This document shows, one piece after another, positions 8,763 to 18,712 of a stretch of DNA of 64,000 nucleotides (the stretch's first letter is position 1; the number at the start of each line of letters is the position of its first letter). A program made the translations under genes and the position numbers. Location: NCBI GenBank assembly GCA_965217585.1, contig OZ244561.1, positions 1,184,001 to 1,248,000 of the forward strand, given 5' to 3'. The stretch is from Candidatus Latescibacterota bacterium. GTDB lineage: Bacteria; Latescibacterota; UBA2968; UBA8231. Below the pieces are notes generated by a model. That model searched no databases. It was not told where the DNA came from and saw only the letters and a program-made list of their open reading frames with translations.

Positions 8763-9356
8763 TTGAAACCTGACGATTGCAAGTTGTTAAAGACGCTTAA
8801 AGATATAGCCCGCGTCCAGATGGGCCTTTCCTTTCGTTCTCGCATTGAGCCGGAAGCGGATGGGACTGTTGCAGTCATTCAGATGCGCGACTTGACCGAG
8901 GATAATAAATTGAGCCACCGCAATCTGATCACTATTAAAATGAGCGGCCTCGGCGACCGCCATTTGGTCAAACGCAGAGATTTGATTTTTCGCTCCAGAG
9001 GGCAGACCACTACGGCGGCAATTATTGATACGGAAATAGGTCCGGCGATTGTCGCAGCCCCTCTATTGAGAGTCCGAGTTACGAGCAAACACGTCCTACC
9101 GGAGTACCTGTGCTGGTTCGTCAACCAGCCGCTAGCGCAGGCGTTTTTGCACAGCAGAGCTACCGGGACGGCGATGACTGTGATTGGCAAGTCCGCCCTC
9201 GATGATTTGGAAGTGCCCCTGCCCGATCTTGAAACTCAAGAGCAAATCGTCGCCCTGGCCGATTTGTCAAATCAAGAGCAGAGGCTGATGAGGGAGTTGG
9301 CGGAGAAGAAGGAAAAACTAGTCAACGGGATTCAGATGCGATTGGCAACTAAATAG
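8763..9356 (+). CDS. hsdS: Half-size type I RM specificity subunit (single TRD)
   Basis: LKDIA...DLIFRSRG...PEYLCWFVN...LEVPLPDLETQEQIV; immediately upstream of hsdM. Confidence 0.8.
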   Translation: MKPDDCKLLKTLKDIARVQMGLSFRSRIEPEADGTVAVIQMRDLTEDNKLSHRNLITIKMSGLGDRHLVKRRDLIFRSRGQTTTAAIIDTEIGPAIVAAPLLRVRVTSKHVLPEYLCWFVNQPLAQAFLHSRATGTAMTVIGKSALDDLEVPLPDLETQEQIVALADLSNQEQRLMRELAEKKEKLVNGIQMRLATK

Positions 9357-9368
9357 GAGCAGCAAGAT

Positions 9369-10919
9369 ATGAGCGATCAGATCCAACAGAAAGACATCAA
9401 CAGCGCCGCTTGGGCGGCCTGCGACACCTTTCGCGGGGTAATGGATGCGGCTGGATACAAAGATTACATCCTCGTGATGCTATTCCTCAAATACATCTCC
9501 GATGTCTGGAAAGACCACTACGAGGAATATCAAGAAAGATACGGCGACAACGATGAGCGCATCCGGCGCAGGCTGCAAAACGAGCGCTTTGTCCTGCCAG
9601 AAGACAGCAGCTTTTACGACCTCTATAAACAGCGCTCGGAAGCCAACATTGGCGAACTCATCAATATCGCGCTGGAGGCGATTGAAACGGAGAACAAAGA
9701 GAAACTGGAAGATGTTTTCCGCAATATAGATTTCAACAGCGAGGCCAATCTCGGCAAAACCAGAGACCGCAATCGCCGCCTGAAAATGCTGCTGGAAGAT
9801 TTCAATAAACCCGAATTGAACATGAGCCCCAGCCGCGTTTCAGAAGACGTCATCGGCAACACCTACATCTACCTAATCGAGCGTTTCGCCTCCGACGCGG
9901 GCAAAAAAGCCGGCGAGTTCTATACGCCGCACAAGGTGTCGGAGCTGGTGGCGCGACTGTGCGCTCCCAAGCCCGGAGCCCGCATCTGCGATCCCGCCTG
10001 CGGTTCTGCGGGGCTGCTGATTGAAGCGGCCCGGCTGGTGGGCGGCAGGGACTATGCCCTGTACGGCATGGAGGTGAACGGCAGCACTTGGGCACTGGCG
10101 CGGATGAACATGTTTCTGCACGGTGCCGACTCCGCCCGCATCGAATGGTGCAACACCCTTACCTCCCCGGCACTGGTGGAAAACAACCAACTGATAAAGT
10201 TCAACAACGTGGTCGCCAATCCGCCGTTTTCGCTCGACAAGTGGGGCGCAGAAGACGCCGATGCGGACCCGTACAACCGCTTTTGGCGCGGGGTGCCGCC
10301 CAAATCCAAGGGGGACTATGCTTTTATCAGTCACATGGTGGAAGCGGCTTTGGAAAAAGAGGGGCGGGTTGCGGTGGTGGCTCCGCACGGGGTTTTGTTT
10401 CGGGGCGCTGCTGAAGGGCGCATTCGCCAGCAGCTCATTGAAGAAAACTTGCTCGATGCCGTCATCGGCTTGCCCGGCAATCTGTTCCCCACAACCTCGA
10501 TACCGGTGGCCGTTTTGGTCTTTGACCGCTCGCGTGAACAAGGAGGCGCGAACGAGAACCGCAAAGACGTTCTGTTTGTCGATGCAAGCCGCGAATATCA
10601 GGCGGGTAAGAATCAAAACACCTTGCTAGACGAGCACCTCGAAAAGATCACCGCTGCTTATGAAAAACGCGAAGATGTGGAAAAATACGCCCACCTCGCC
10701 ACCCTTGAGGAAATCGCGGAAAATGACTTCAACCTGAACATTCCGCGCTACGTGGACACCTTTGAGGAAGAGGAGGAGATTGATATTGATGCGGTGGGAA
10801 GAGAGATCGACCAGTTGGAAAAGGAATTGAGTGTGGTGCGTGGGGAAATGGGGAGGTTGTTGCAGGGGATTGATCGGGGGGAAGGTTTAGGACAGATTGA
10901 TAGGATCTCGACCCTATGA
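9369..10919 (+). CDS. hsdM: Type I RM N6-adenine methyltransferase
   Basis: YKDYILVMLFLKYISD, GEFYTP, motif I DPACGSAG, motif IV NPPF, NLNIPRYVD. Confidence 0.97.
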   Translation: MSDQIQQKDINSAAWAACDTFRGVMDAAGYKDYILVMLFLKYISDVWKDHYEEYQERYGDNDERIRRRLQNERFVLPEDSSFYDLYKQRSEANIGELINIALEAIETENKEKLEDVFRNIDFNSEANLGKTRDRNRRLKMLLEDFNKPELNMSPSRVSEDVIGNTYIYLIERFASDAGKKAGEFYTPHKVSELVARLCAPKPGARICDPACGSAGLLIEAARLVGGRDYALYGMEVNGSTWALARMNMFLHGADSARIEWCNTLTSPALVENNQLIKFNNVVANPPFSLDKWGAEDADADPYNRFWRGVPPKSKGDYAFISHMVEAALEKEGRVAVVAPHGVLFRGAAEGRIRQQLIEENLLDAVIGLPGNLFPTTSIPVAVLVFDRSREQGGANENRKDVLFVDASREYQAGKNQNTLLDEHLEKITAAYEKREDVEKYAHLATLEEIAENDFNLNIPRYVDTFEEEEEIDIDAVGREIDQLEKELSVVRGEMGRLLQGIDRGEGLGQIDRISTL

Positions 10920-11194
10920 GCTTGCGCTTTGAGTGGGATATCAATAAGGCAACTGCTAACGTGGCAAAGCACAATGTGAGTTTTGCAGAAGCAGCCACTG
11001 TATTTCGCGATCCAATTGCTGCTATTTTCGATGATGAAGCTCACTCAAACGAGAAACGTAGAGAATTCATCATTGGACATTCCGATAAGAACCATTTGCT
11101 TTTAGTATGCTTCTCTGAGCGAGACGATGCCATCCGCATTATCAGTGCTCGGCAAGCAACAAGGAGGGAACGCCAAGATTATGAAGAATACTGA
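10916..11194 (+). CDS. brnT: BrnT family toxin
   Basis: FEWDxxKxxxNxxKH...IRIISARQATRRE. Confidence 0.92.
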   Translation: MSLRFEWDINKATANVAKHNVSFAEAATVFRDPIAAIFDDEAHSNEKRREFIIGHSDKNHLLLVCFSERDDAIRIISARQATRRERQDYEEY

Positions 11195-11420
11195 ATCCGT
11201 TAAACAGACCGCTGGCGCAGCGGATGAGATGCGAGATGAATACCAGTTCGACTACAGTAAGGCGAAGCCCAACCGCTTTGCGGACAAAATTGGACGCGAG
11301 CAGTTGATGGTCGTTCTCGATCAAGACGTCGCGGCTGTATTCAAGACTCCTGAATCTGTTAACCAAGTACTGCGAGCGATTATCACCTCAATGCCAATCG
11401 CGGAAAAAGGAGATAGCTAA
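11181..11420 (+). CDS. BrnA-like antitoxin
   Basis: Overlaps brnT; MRDEYQFDYSKAKPNRFA...LDQDVAAVFKTPESVNQVLR. Confidence 0.85.
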   Translation: MKNTESVKQTAGAADEMRDEYQFDYSKAKPNRFADKIGREQLMVVLDQDVAAVFKTPESVNQVLRAIITSMPIAEKGDS

Positions 11421-11432
11421 AAAAATAAAAGC

Positions 11433-11825
11433 ATGAGACGACGAGAAGCCCGCCTCATTTTGGGTGTAGCTGAGGACGCCACCACAGAGGCGATAAAGTC
11501 GGCGTTTCGCCGCTATGCCCTCAAGCATCACCCCGACCGCAACCCGAACAACCCGGTTGCCGAAGAGGCATTTAAGAAGGGTGCTCATGCCTATCGCTTG
11601 CTGACGGGACAGGAGGGGACCGATCTGGATGAATTGTTAGAGCAGTTTGACGATATAGAGCAGGCCCTCGACCAAATGAAGCAGTCCTTTGACGAATTTG
11701 GAAAAAATATGTCAGAAGGACTCGACCGGATCGAAACCAAGATGTCCCGCATGTTTAAGTGGACCATCTTCTTGATGATTTTCACGACCCTATCGTTGGT
11801 TCTTCTCATTCTGCTCGATTTCTGA
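11433..11825 (+). CDS. J-domain (DnaJ) protein with coiled coil and C-terminal TM anchor
   Basis: ILGV...IKSAFRRYALKHHPDRN (HPD motif); hydrophobic C-terminus. Confidence 0.85.
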   Translation: MRRREARLILGVAEDATTEAIKSAFRRYALKHHPDRNPNNPVAEEAFKKGAHAYRLLTGQEGTDLDELLEQFDDIEQALDQMKQSFDEFGKNMSEGLDRIETKMSRMFKWTIFLMIFTTLSLVLLILLDF

Positions 11826-11961
11826 TTTTGGTCTTCGCTGTTCTGTGTCAGAAGCATAAAAAGAAAGGGATCCTCAGACGACGCAGATAATCCGTCAGTC
11901 CCGTGAAAGGGGGGCGAGAGGCCGGACTTGGGCAGGTACAGATAGCAGGAGGAGTAACGGC

Positions 11962-12756
11962 ATGGGCAAGAAACCCTCAAAAAATCTTACCATCCGCAAT
12001 AGCACGGCGGAGTTTCTGATCTTCACCCGTCAGTCCGGCAGGGGAGGAATTGAGGTTCGCTATGAGGATGAGACTATCTGGCTGACGCAGAAACTGATGG
12101 CGGAGTTGTTTAGCACGGCAAAATCCACCATCAGCGAACATTTGGGCAATATCTACGCCTCTGGAGAACTGACTAAAAACTCAACTGTTCGGAAATTCCG
12201 AACAGTTCAAAGGGAAGGAAATCGCGATGTTGAACGAGATCTGGATTACAACAGGGACGCGCCGACCACCCGCGAGTTTTTCGCCAGAGTGCAAAACAAG
12301 CTGCATTATGCCATTCACGGCCATACTGCGGCGGAATTGATCCAACAGCGAGCCGATGGAAAAAAGAAAAACATGGGATTGACCAGTTGGGAAAACAGTC
12401 CCGACGGCAAAATCCTGAAGTCTGATGTGTCTGTCGCCAAAAACTACCTATCGAAAGAAGAGCTGGAATCTCTTGGGCGGATCGTCAACGCCTATATTGA
12501 CCTCGCCGAAGACCGGGCACAGCGCAAAATTCCGATGACGATGGAGGACTGGTCAAAACGGCTCGATATATTTCTCGAAGCTTTTGACCGTCAGATACTG
12601 CAAGACAGCGGACGAGTCAGTGCCGAGATTGCCAAGACCCATGCCGAAAGCGAGTTTGAGAAATACCGGGTTGTTCAGGATCGTTTGTTTGAATCTGATT
12701 TTGATAGAGAAACCAAGAGACTGGAACAGCAACTGAGCCGAAAAGACGGGGGGTAA
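11962..12756 (+). CDS. rhuM: RhuM family protein with in-frame internal deletion (possible pseudogene)
   Basis: ETIWLTQKLMAELF, FFARVQNKLHYAIHG and AKNYL are present; the usual central YNLDAIIxVGYRVNS...ERLK block is absent at about 12249. Confidence 0.8.
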   Translation: MGKKPSKNLTIRNSTAEFLIFTRQSGRGGIEVRYEDETIWLTQKLMAELFSTAKSTISEHLGNIYASGELTKNSTVRKFRTVQREGNRDVERDLDYNRDAPTTREFFARVQNKLHYAIHGHTAAELIQQRADGKKKNMGLTSWENSPDGKILKSDVSVAKNYLSKEELESLGRIVNAYIDLAEDRAQRKIPMTMEDWSKRLDIFLEAFDRQILQDSGRVSAEIAKTHAESEFEKYRVVQDRLFESDFDRETKRLEQQLSRKDGG

Positions 12757-12759
12757 GGG

Positions 12760-12846
12760 ATGAGTAGGAAGACGGCGAAAGAAGATGCGTTGCCGAAGAG
12801 GTGGCGAGAAGTGAGTTTTCAAAGAGACAATTTTATTGGAAATTAG
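12760..12846 (+). pseudogene. HsdS N-terminal stub
   Basis: MSRKTAKEDALPKRWREVS resembles the start of hsdS at 13785 (NDVLPKEWRSVR); stops after 28 codons. Confidence 0.6.
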
Positions 12847-12877
12847 CATAGATACACTCAGCGGAAAGGACAGAGAC

Positions 12878-13306
12878 ATGAGCAAGAGACCTTCAGAAAA
12901 TCCTGCCGGGATTGTCCATGAGCCCAATGTCTTATACCGTCGAAAAGAGAGACTTACCTGGGGCCATATTATCCCCAACTACTACTCGTGGCCGATGGAC
13001 AATATCCCGACCGTCACTACCCGCAAGCGCGGCGATGAGGCCATCACCTACGACACAACCAAGTTGGATTCGATATATGAGCCTATGATCTGTCGGAATA
13101 CGATCATACGGACTGAGATTATCTCTAAGGCCAGAGTCTCAGATGATCGTGCGGACAGGCTTGTACAACTATTGCAGTCATGGATAGACGAGGGGGATGA
13201 AGAAGAACAGCGAGAAACGCTTGAATATCTCATTCACGCTTTGGATGAAGATCGGCTATCCAACCGCAAGCTGTTCCCAAAGGAACTGAAAGGAAAGAGT
13301 TGGTAA
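12878..13306 (+). CDS. Putative antitoxin of the downstream PIN toxin
   Basis: C-terminal QLLQSWIDEGDEEEQRETLEYLIHALDEDRLSNRKLFP; overlaps the PIN gene. Confidence 0.7.
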   Translation: MSKRPSENPAGIVHEPNVLYRRKERLTWGHIIPNYYSWPMDNIPTVTTRKRGDEAITYDTTKLDSIYEPMICRNTIIRTEIISKARVSDDRADRLVQLLQSWIDEGDEEEQRETLEYLIHALDEDRLSNRKLFPKELKGKSW

Positions 13307-13749
13307 GCCAGACCGTACTACTCGATAGTGGCCCCCTCGGTCTACTAACCAATCCAAATGTATCGGAATCGGCCACACAATGTGTAAAATGGCTTCAAAA
13401 GGTGGCAACTAGCGGCGCGACAGTGATGGTGCCAGAGATAGCCGATTACGAGATTCGGCGTGAGTTACTTAGAGCAAGAAAGACCGAAGGTATTAGGCGG
13501 CTTGACAATCTCATTTCTCAAACCGATTACTTAGCGATCACGACTACTGCTATGCGCCAAGCCGCTGATTACTGGGCTGAGGCTCGTCAGCAAGGTCGAG
13601 CAACGGCAGATGATAAAGCACTTGATGGCGACGTGATCTTAGCAGCGCAAGCGGTAACACTAGATCGAGCAAATGTAGTTATCGCAACGACGAACGTAAA
13701 GCACCTGTCTCGTTTCACTCAAGCGATGCTTTGGTCCGATATCGGTTAG
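13300..13749 (+). CDS. PIN-domain (VapC-like) toxin
   Basis: VLLDSGPLG, PEIADYEIRREL, LDGDVILAAQA, IATTNVKHL. Confidence 0.9.
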   Translation: MVSQTVLLDSGPLGLLTNPNVSESATQCVKWLQKVATSGATVMVPEIADYEIRRELLRARKTEGIRRLDNLISQTDYLAITTTAMRQAADYWAEARQQGRATADDKALDGDVILAAQAVTLDRANVVIATTNVKHLSRFTQAMLWSDIG

Positions 13750-13784
13750 AAATTTTGAACAGTTCAAAAGGGATTTTGTAGAAG

Positions 13785-14585
13785 ATGATAAAAAATGACG
13801 TATTGCCGAAGGAATGGCGGTCTGTGAGGCTAGCGGATGCTTGTGAGGTCATTGTTAGCTCTGTTGACAAAAAGACCGTCGATGGGGAATTACCCGTCCA
13901 ATTATGCAATTACACAGATGTTTATTACCACAACGATATTGGTTGTGATATTGACTTCATGGCTGCTACAGCTAAACCTTTAGAGATAGAAAAATTTTTG
14001 CTTATTGAAGGTGATGTAATCATTACCAAAGATTCTGAAACACCTGATGACATTGGTGTTCCTTCCTATGTTAAAGAAACCATCGATAATCTGTTATGCG
14101 GCTATTATTTAGCAATTCTTCGACCAAATAAGCAAACGATAGGAAAATATGTTTGTTATGCCTTGACTTCTCCGAGAGTAAAATATGATTTTTATAGATT
14201 TGCTAATGGAATTACACGCTTTGGACTTACAACAGAATCCTATAAAAAAATTAAGATACCACTCCCTCCACTATATGAACAGAAAGCCATTGCGTCTTTA
14301 CTGGAAACATGGGATACGGCGATAGAGAAAACCGAATCACTGATCGCGGCGAAGGAGAAGCAATTTAAGTGGCTGCTGAAAACTCTTATTAGCGACCAAC
14401 AGGATAATCCTGAATGGCGAAAGGTGAAGCTGGAGGAATTAGGTGCAATTCATTCTGGCGGAACGCCATCAACTCAAGATAGCAGCAATTGGAATGGAGA
14501 TATTTTTTGGCTCACTCCATACCGCACTCAAAAACGTGGCCTGATGCAGAAATTGCTGACGGGAAAATGGCGAATAAGGAATTAA
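13785..14585 (+). CDS. hsdS: Type I RM specificity subunit with second TRD largely deleted
   Basis: TRD1 and IPLPPLYEQKAIA spacer; TRD2 begins GGTPST...WNGDIFWLTP and then jumps directly to the C-terminal QKRGLMQKLLTGK. Confidence 0.88.
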   Translation: MIKNDVLPKEWRSVRLADACEVIVSSVDKKTVDGELPVQLCNYTDVYYHNDIGCDIDFMAATAKPLEIEKFLLIEGDVIITKDSETPDDIGVPSYVKETIDNLLCGYYLAILRPNKQTIGKYVCYALTSPRVKYDFYRFANGITRFGLTTESYKKIKIPLPPLYEQKAIASLLETWDTAIEKTESLIAAKEKQFKWLLKTLISDQQDNPEWRKVKLEELGAIHSGGTPSTQDSSNWNGDIFWLTPYRTQKRGLMQKLLTGKWRIRN

Positions 14586-14596
14586 AGCACAGGGTG

Positions 14597-17500
14597 ATGA
14601 GTATGGCTAAACTACAACGAAATTATTCACAGAAGACATTAAAAATTCTGTTCGGTTTGAGTGGAAATCAATGCGCTCATCCAAAGTGTACGAATAATGT
14701 GATCGAGCCGGCCACTGAGAAATCTGACGCTGCTGTCATTGCTCAAATATGCCACATTTATGCGATTAGTGACGATGGCCCAAGAGGTAAGGCTGGAATT
14801 ACCAATGAAGAATTGAATTCTCCAGAGAATCTAATTTTACTTTGTCCGACTCATCATACGGTAGTGGATAATCAATATGAAACCTATCCGGCTGAAATGC
14901 TCAAACAGTGGAAGCAGGATCACGAATCTAAAGTGGTGAAGAATCGGCTCTCCGCCAGCCTAGATAATGTCTCTTCAAATATGTTTCATCATTCTTATTT
15001 TCCAACGGAGCTTGTTGACCAGAAAATTAAGGATGAGACCGATATACTCCGTAAATCTCGTTTTTTTGAAGATTTTGACAGGATTGGCTTTTCATTAACA
15101 CTCGCAAGAAAGCTGATAGAAGGTGAACTTTCGGGAGGAACGGATTCGGTAAGAAGTCAAGCATTAGCTTGGTGTGTGCGAATTCTGTCACGTACTAAAG
15201 AATTGGATAAAGCAGAAAAGTATCTCGAGTACGCGAAGAAATTAGGAACTTGTCAGGAAATAGATATAGCAGACGCCTTTATATCGTCACAGAAAGGCGA
15301 TAGAAAAGCTGCTCTAAGTTCTCTGGCTAATATCGACTCACCGATGTCTCGGTCCGCAGCGCTTATGATCGTTGCAAACCACGATGGCCCACAGGGAGCT
15401 CTTAACTGGTTAAAGACAGTCAATATAGACGCCACTGATCTGGACCCTGATGGTAAACGCTTCCTATTGGGATGTCAGCTTGAGCTCTCCGATTGGGAAA
15501 CAGCTCAGAAAAGTCTTGATGCGTTGACTGATGACGATTTACGCGCTGCCCCTGTTCTCCATCACATCGTAGCAATTACACACCTCCTTAAAGCAGTGCC
15601 TGTAGAATTGCGAGCCATTGTGCGTGATCAACCACCGTTTGAGGCGGCGGCTTTCCCTCTTGACTCGGGTCCTAATGGGATTGAAGCACGCCAGTTAGCG
15701 CACCGTATCTTTATCGACGCTGCGGAGGTTGCACGTCAACTAGACTGTCCCCTTGCAGAAAACATTGACGATGAGTATGCACTTTGGCTTGAACTTAAAG
15801 ATCCCGATCCCGATAAATGCGCTGAAGGAAGAAGGCGTCTGGAGTCCAAACTTCGCGATCTCAAGACCTATCTACGTCTTGTTCGTTTTGGTCTTCAATT
15901 CGGAATAAAATTGGATAATAAGGTGGTCGAACAGGAAATAGAACGACAAATTGCCCTTAACGGAAAAATTACCTATGACACCGCAATTGCTCGCTTTGCT
16001 CTAGTTCAAACACAACAGACACCGGAGGATGCCGCAAACTATATAGCTCAGTACCACGACGAATTTGCCGACTACATAGATAAGAAAATTATATTGTCTT
16101 TCCAAATTGAACTTTTTTTAAGAACAGGACAGCTTAATAAGGCAAATGAGTGCTTGGATACTCTTACAAGAGAGGGCCTTTCTGAGGCCGAGAAAAATAG
16201 ACTCCAGATAATAATTGCTCAAGCAGAAGGAGCTTCTCCGGTTGAGGCTCTCAAGAAACAGTTCAAGAAAACGAGCTCTCTAAGTGATTTGGGAATTCTC
16301 GTTGACGAACTCGAAACTAGAAATGACTGGAACGAAATTTGCGAGTATGGCAATATTCTGTTTGAGAGAACCCACGAATTACGCGACGCAGAGCGGTTGG
16401 CAATCGCTTTACACAATACACAGAAGCTGGAACGACTTGTAGAGTTTATAGAATCGAATAAGACACTTTTGTCAGAGTCCAAGCGACTCCAACTGATCCA
16501 TTGCTGGTCTTTATATAATGAGGGTGAACTACTAGAGGCTAGCTCTGAATTGACTAAACTGGACGATGATTGGGATAATGAGAACTACCGTACATTACAG
16601 ATTAATCTTGCAGTCTCTCTAGGAGACTGGAACTCTCTTTCTGCTTTTATCGCTAAAGAATGCAATGAGAAAGACAAGAGGAACGCTAAGGAATTAATAA
16701 CCGCTGCTCGACTGGCCCTTCATTTGGGCTCTATCCCCCATGCAGAAGAGTTGATATTTGCAGCGGCAGAGAGGGGGAAAGATGATGCCAATGTATTAGG
16801 ATCGGCTTACTTTCTTGCAGCAAGTGCCGGTCTAGAAGATGACCCGGAGGTCGCTCAGTGGATTCAGAAAGCCACCGTACTTTCTGGCGAGGATGGCCCA
16901 CTCCAGATGATGACACTGAGTAATTTATTGGACAAAAAACCCGAGTGGGATCGCCAAGCATCTGAGATATGGGAGATGTTGATCCGTAATGAGCTTCCGA
17001 TGTTTCTTGCAGCTCAATCCCTCAATAAGTCCCTTAGCGATTTGATGCTTTTTCCCGCTTTGGCTAACCCGTCGGAGAGCGATCCACGGTGCAGAGGTAT
17101 TATTCCCGCATATAGCGGCCAGCGGCAATCGCTATCCTTCGATACTGATAGGCAGATTGGAATAGATGCAACCGCATTACTCACCTTGAGCTTTCTGAAT
17201 CTGCTCGATGAGGCCCTGGACGCTTTTGATACAGTCCATATACCGCATTCAACTCTTGGTTGGCTTTTTGATGAGAAAAAGAGGGTTGCATTTCATCAGC
17301 CAAGTCGGATTAGAGACGCGGCTCAGATAAGTCGTTTGCTGACCAACGATGTATTAGAGAAACTCTCTCCGAGTACTGTGCCCAATAGTGATTTGTCCGT
17401 CCAAGTTGGAGAAGAGCTAGCACTGTTTATAGCGGAGGCGACAACGGAAAGACGCGAAGACGATTCACAGCACATAGTTGTTCAGCCGTCTCCAGTTCAT

Positions 17501-18712
17501 CTAATCGGATCCCTGATGGAAGAAGAAGCTGACTTAACAGCATACGCAACTGTGTTGAGTAGTTGCCAATCTATTGTGGACAAGTTGCGGCAAAAGGGCC
17601 AGATTACAGCGAATGAAGTACAGAAGGCACGAGCCTATTTGCAATTTCACGAGAAGCCGTGGCCAAATCAGCCGGAGATTGCTGATGGGGCAACACTGTA
17701 CCTCGATGATTTAGCTGTAAACTATTTCCTTCATATTGGGATACTGGAAAAACTACAAGCTGCCGGCTTCAGACTGATTATTTCGTCAACAAAAGAATCT
17801 GAAACAAATCAACTACTTTCTTATAAAAATATTTCTAGCAAGGCCAAGGACACCATAGAACGCATACGGTCTGCCGTTAATTCTCGGATAGAGTCAAAAA
17901 AAATAAAGGTAAGCAGGTCAACCAATGCCGATCCATCAACAGATAGGTCGATATCCGAACATCCAACCGCTGGTGTTTTCTCCTTGACGAAGGATTGTAA
18001 TGCAATCGTTACGGACGACAGATTCCTCAATCAACATGCCAACTTTGGTGCTGGCGACTCGTTCATGCCTATATTTTCAACATTGGATCTTATAGATGTG
18101 CTGGTCTCCACTGGTTCTAAAACGAATGAAGAACGAATGGAGTACAGAACTCGTCTCCGTCAGGCCGGATATATTTTTGTCCCTGTAAGCGAGGATGAAC
18201 TGGCGCATCATCTCAACACCTCTACCGTCGAGGATGATAAGATTGTTGAGACTGCTGAACTGAAAGCAATCCGGGAAAACATCCTTTGTGTTCGCATGCG
18301 TACTTGGCTTCAACTTCCGAAAGAGGCCCCTTGGCTCAATACGTCGCTAATAGCGTTTATCCGGGTAATGAAGAGCTTATGGAAAGCCGGTGCGGACTTT
18401 TCAAGTGTACGGGTTCGCTCCAATTGGATTATGAATCAGATTGATGTTCGCGGCTGGGCTTACTGTTTTGATAAAGAAAGTGGAGACAACATCGTCAAGA
18501 CAGGACGCGGCGCGTATATCCTATTGGTACTCACACCTCCTGATGACGTGCCACAGCAAGTTAAAGATGAATACTGGAGTTGGGTCGAAGAGATGGTTTT
18601 GACTCCGATCAAAGAACAATATCCCGATTTGTATTCTTGGATAGTAGAAGAACAACGAAGACTGATTGCAAGAGCGGCTGATATGGACATAACCGACGAG
18701 GAGGCGACGTGA
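14597..18712 (+). CDS. Large HNH endonuclease - helical/TPR repeat - PIN-like protein (candidate defence effector)
   Basis: N-terminal Cap5-like HNH (SGNQCAHPKC, ICHI...GPRG, ENLILLCPTHHTVVD); long helical middle; PIN-like IGIDATALLTL, LYLDDLAVNYF, IVTDDRFLN. Confidence 0.8.
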   Translation: MSMAKLQRNYSQKTLKILFGLSGNQCAHPKCTNNVIEPATEKSDAAVIAQICHIYAISDDGPRGKAGITNEELNSPENLILLCPTHHTVVDNQYETYPAEMLKQWKQDHESKVVKNRLSASLDNVSSNMFHHSYFPTELVDQKIKDETDILRKSRFFEDFDRIGFSLTLARKLIEGELSGGTDSVRSQALAWCVRILSRTKELDKAEKYLEYAKKLGTCQEIDIADAFISSQKGDRKAALSSLANIDSPMSRSAALMIVANHDGPQGALNWLKTVNIDATDLDPDGKRFLLGCQLELSDWETAQKSLDALTDDDLRAAPVLHHIVAITHLLKAVPVELRAIVRDQPPFEAAAFPLDSGPNGIEARQLAHRIFIDAAEVARQLDCPLAENIDDEYALWLELKDPDPDKCAEGRRRLESKLRDLKTYLRLVRFGLQFGIKLDNKVVEQEIERQIALNGKITYDTAIARFALVQTQQTPEDAANYIAQYHDEFADYIDKKIILSFQIELFLRTGQLNKANECLDTLTREGLSEAEKNRLQIIIAQAEGASPVEALKKQFKKTSSLSDLGILVDELETRNDWNEICEYGNILFERTHELRDAERLAIALHNTQKLERLVEFIESNKTLLSESKRLQLIHCWSLYNEGELLEASSELTKLDDDWDNENYRTLQINLAVSLGDWNSLSAFIAKECNEKDKRNAKELITAARLALHLGSIPHAEELIFAAAERGKDDANVLGSAYFLAASAGLEDDPEVAQWIQKATVLSGEDGPLQMMTLSNLLDKKPEWDRQASEIWEMLIRNELPMFLAAQSLNKSLSDLMLFPALANPSESDPRCRGIIPAYSGQRQSLSFDTDRQIGIDATALLTLSFLNLLDEALDAFDTVHIPHSTLGWLFDEKKRVAFHQPSRIRDAAQISRLLTNDVLEKLSPSTVPNSDLSVQVGEELALFIAEATTERREDDSQHIVVQPSPVHLIGSLMEEEADLTAYATVLSSCQSIVDKLRQKGQITANEVQKARAYLQFHEKPWPNQPEIADGATLYLDDLAVNYFLHIGILEKLQAAGFRLIISSTKESETNQLLSYKNISSKAKDTIERIRSAVNSRIESKKIKVSRSTNADPSTDRSISEHPTAGVFSLTKDCNAIVTDDRFLNQHANFGAGDSFMPIFSTLDLIDVLVSTGSKTNEERMEYRTRLRQAGYIFVPVSEDELAHHLNTSTVEDDKIVETAELKAIRENILCVRMRTWLQLPKEAPWLNTSLIAFIRVMKSLWKAGADFSSVRVRSNWIMNQIDVRGWAYCFDKESGDNIVKTGRGAYILLVLTPPDDVPQQVKDEYWSWVEEMVLTPIKEQYPDLYSWIVEEQRRLIARAADMDITDEEAT

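Noticed and set aside
14489-14596. Longer start for the HNH-PIN gene
   Set aside because: Overlaps the hsdS 3' end; ATG 14597 or 14603 fits the HNH domain boundary better.
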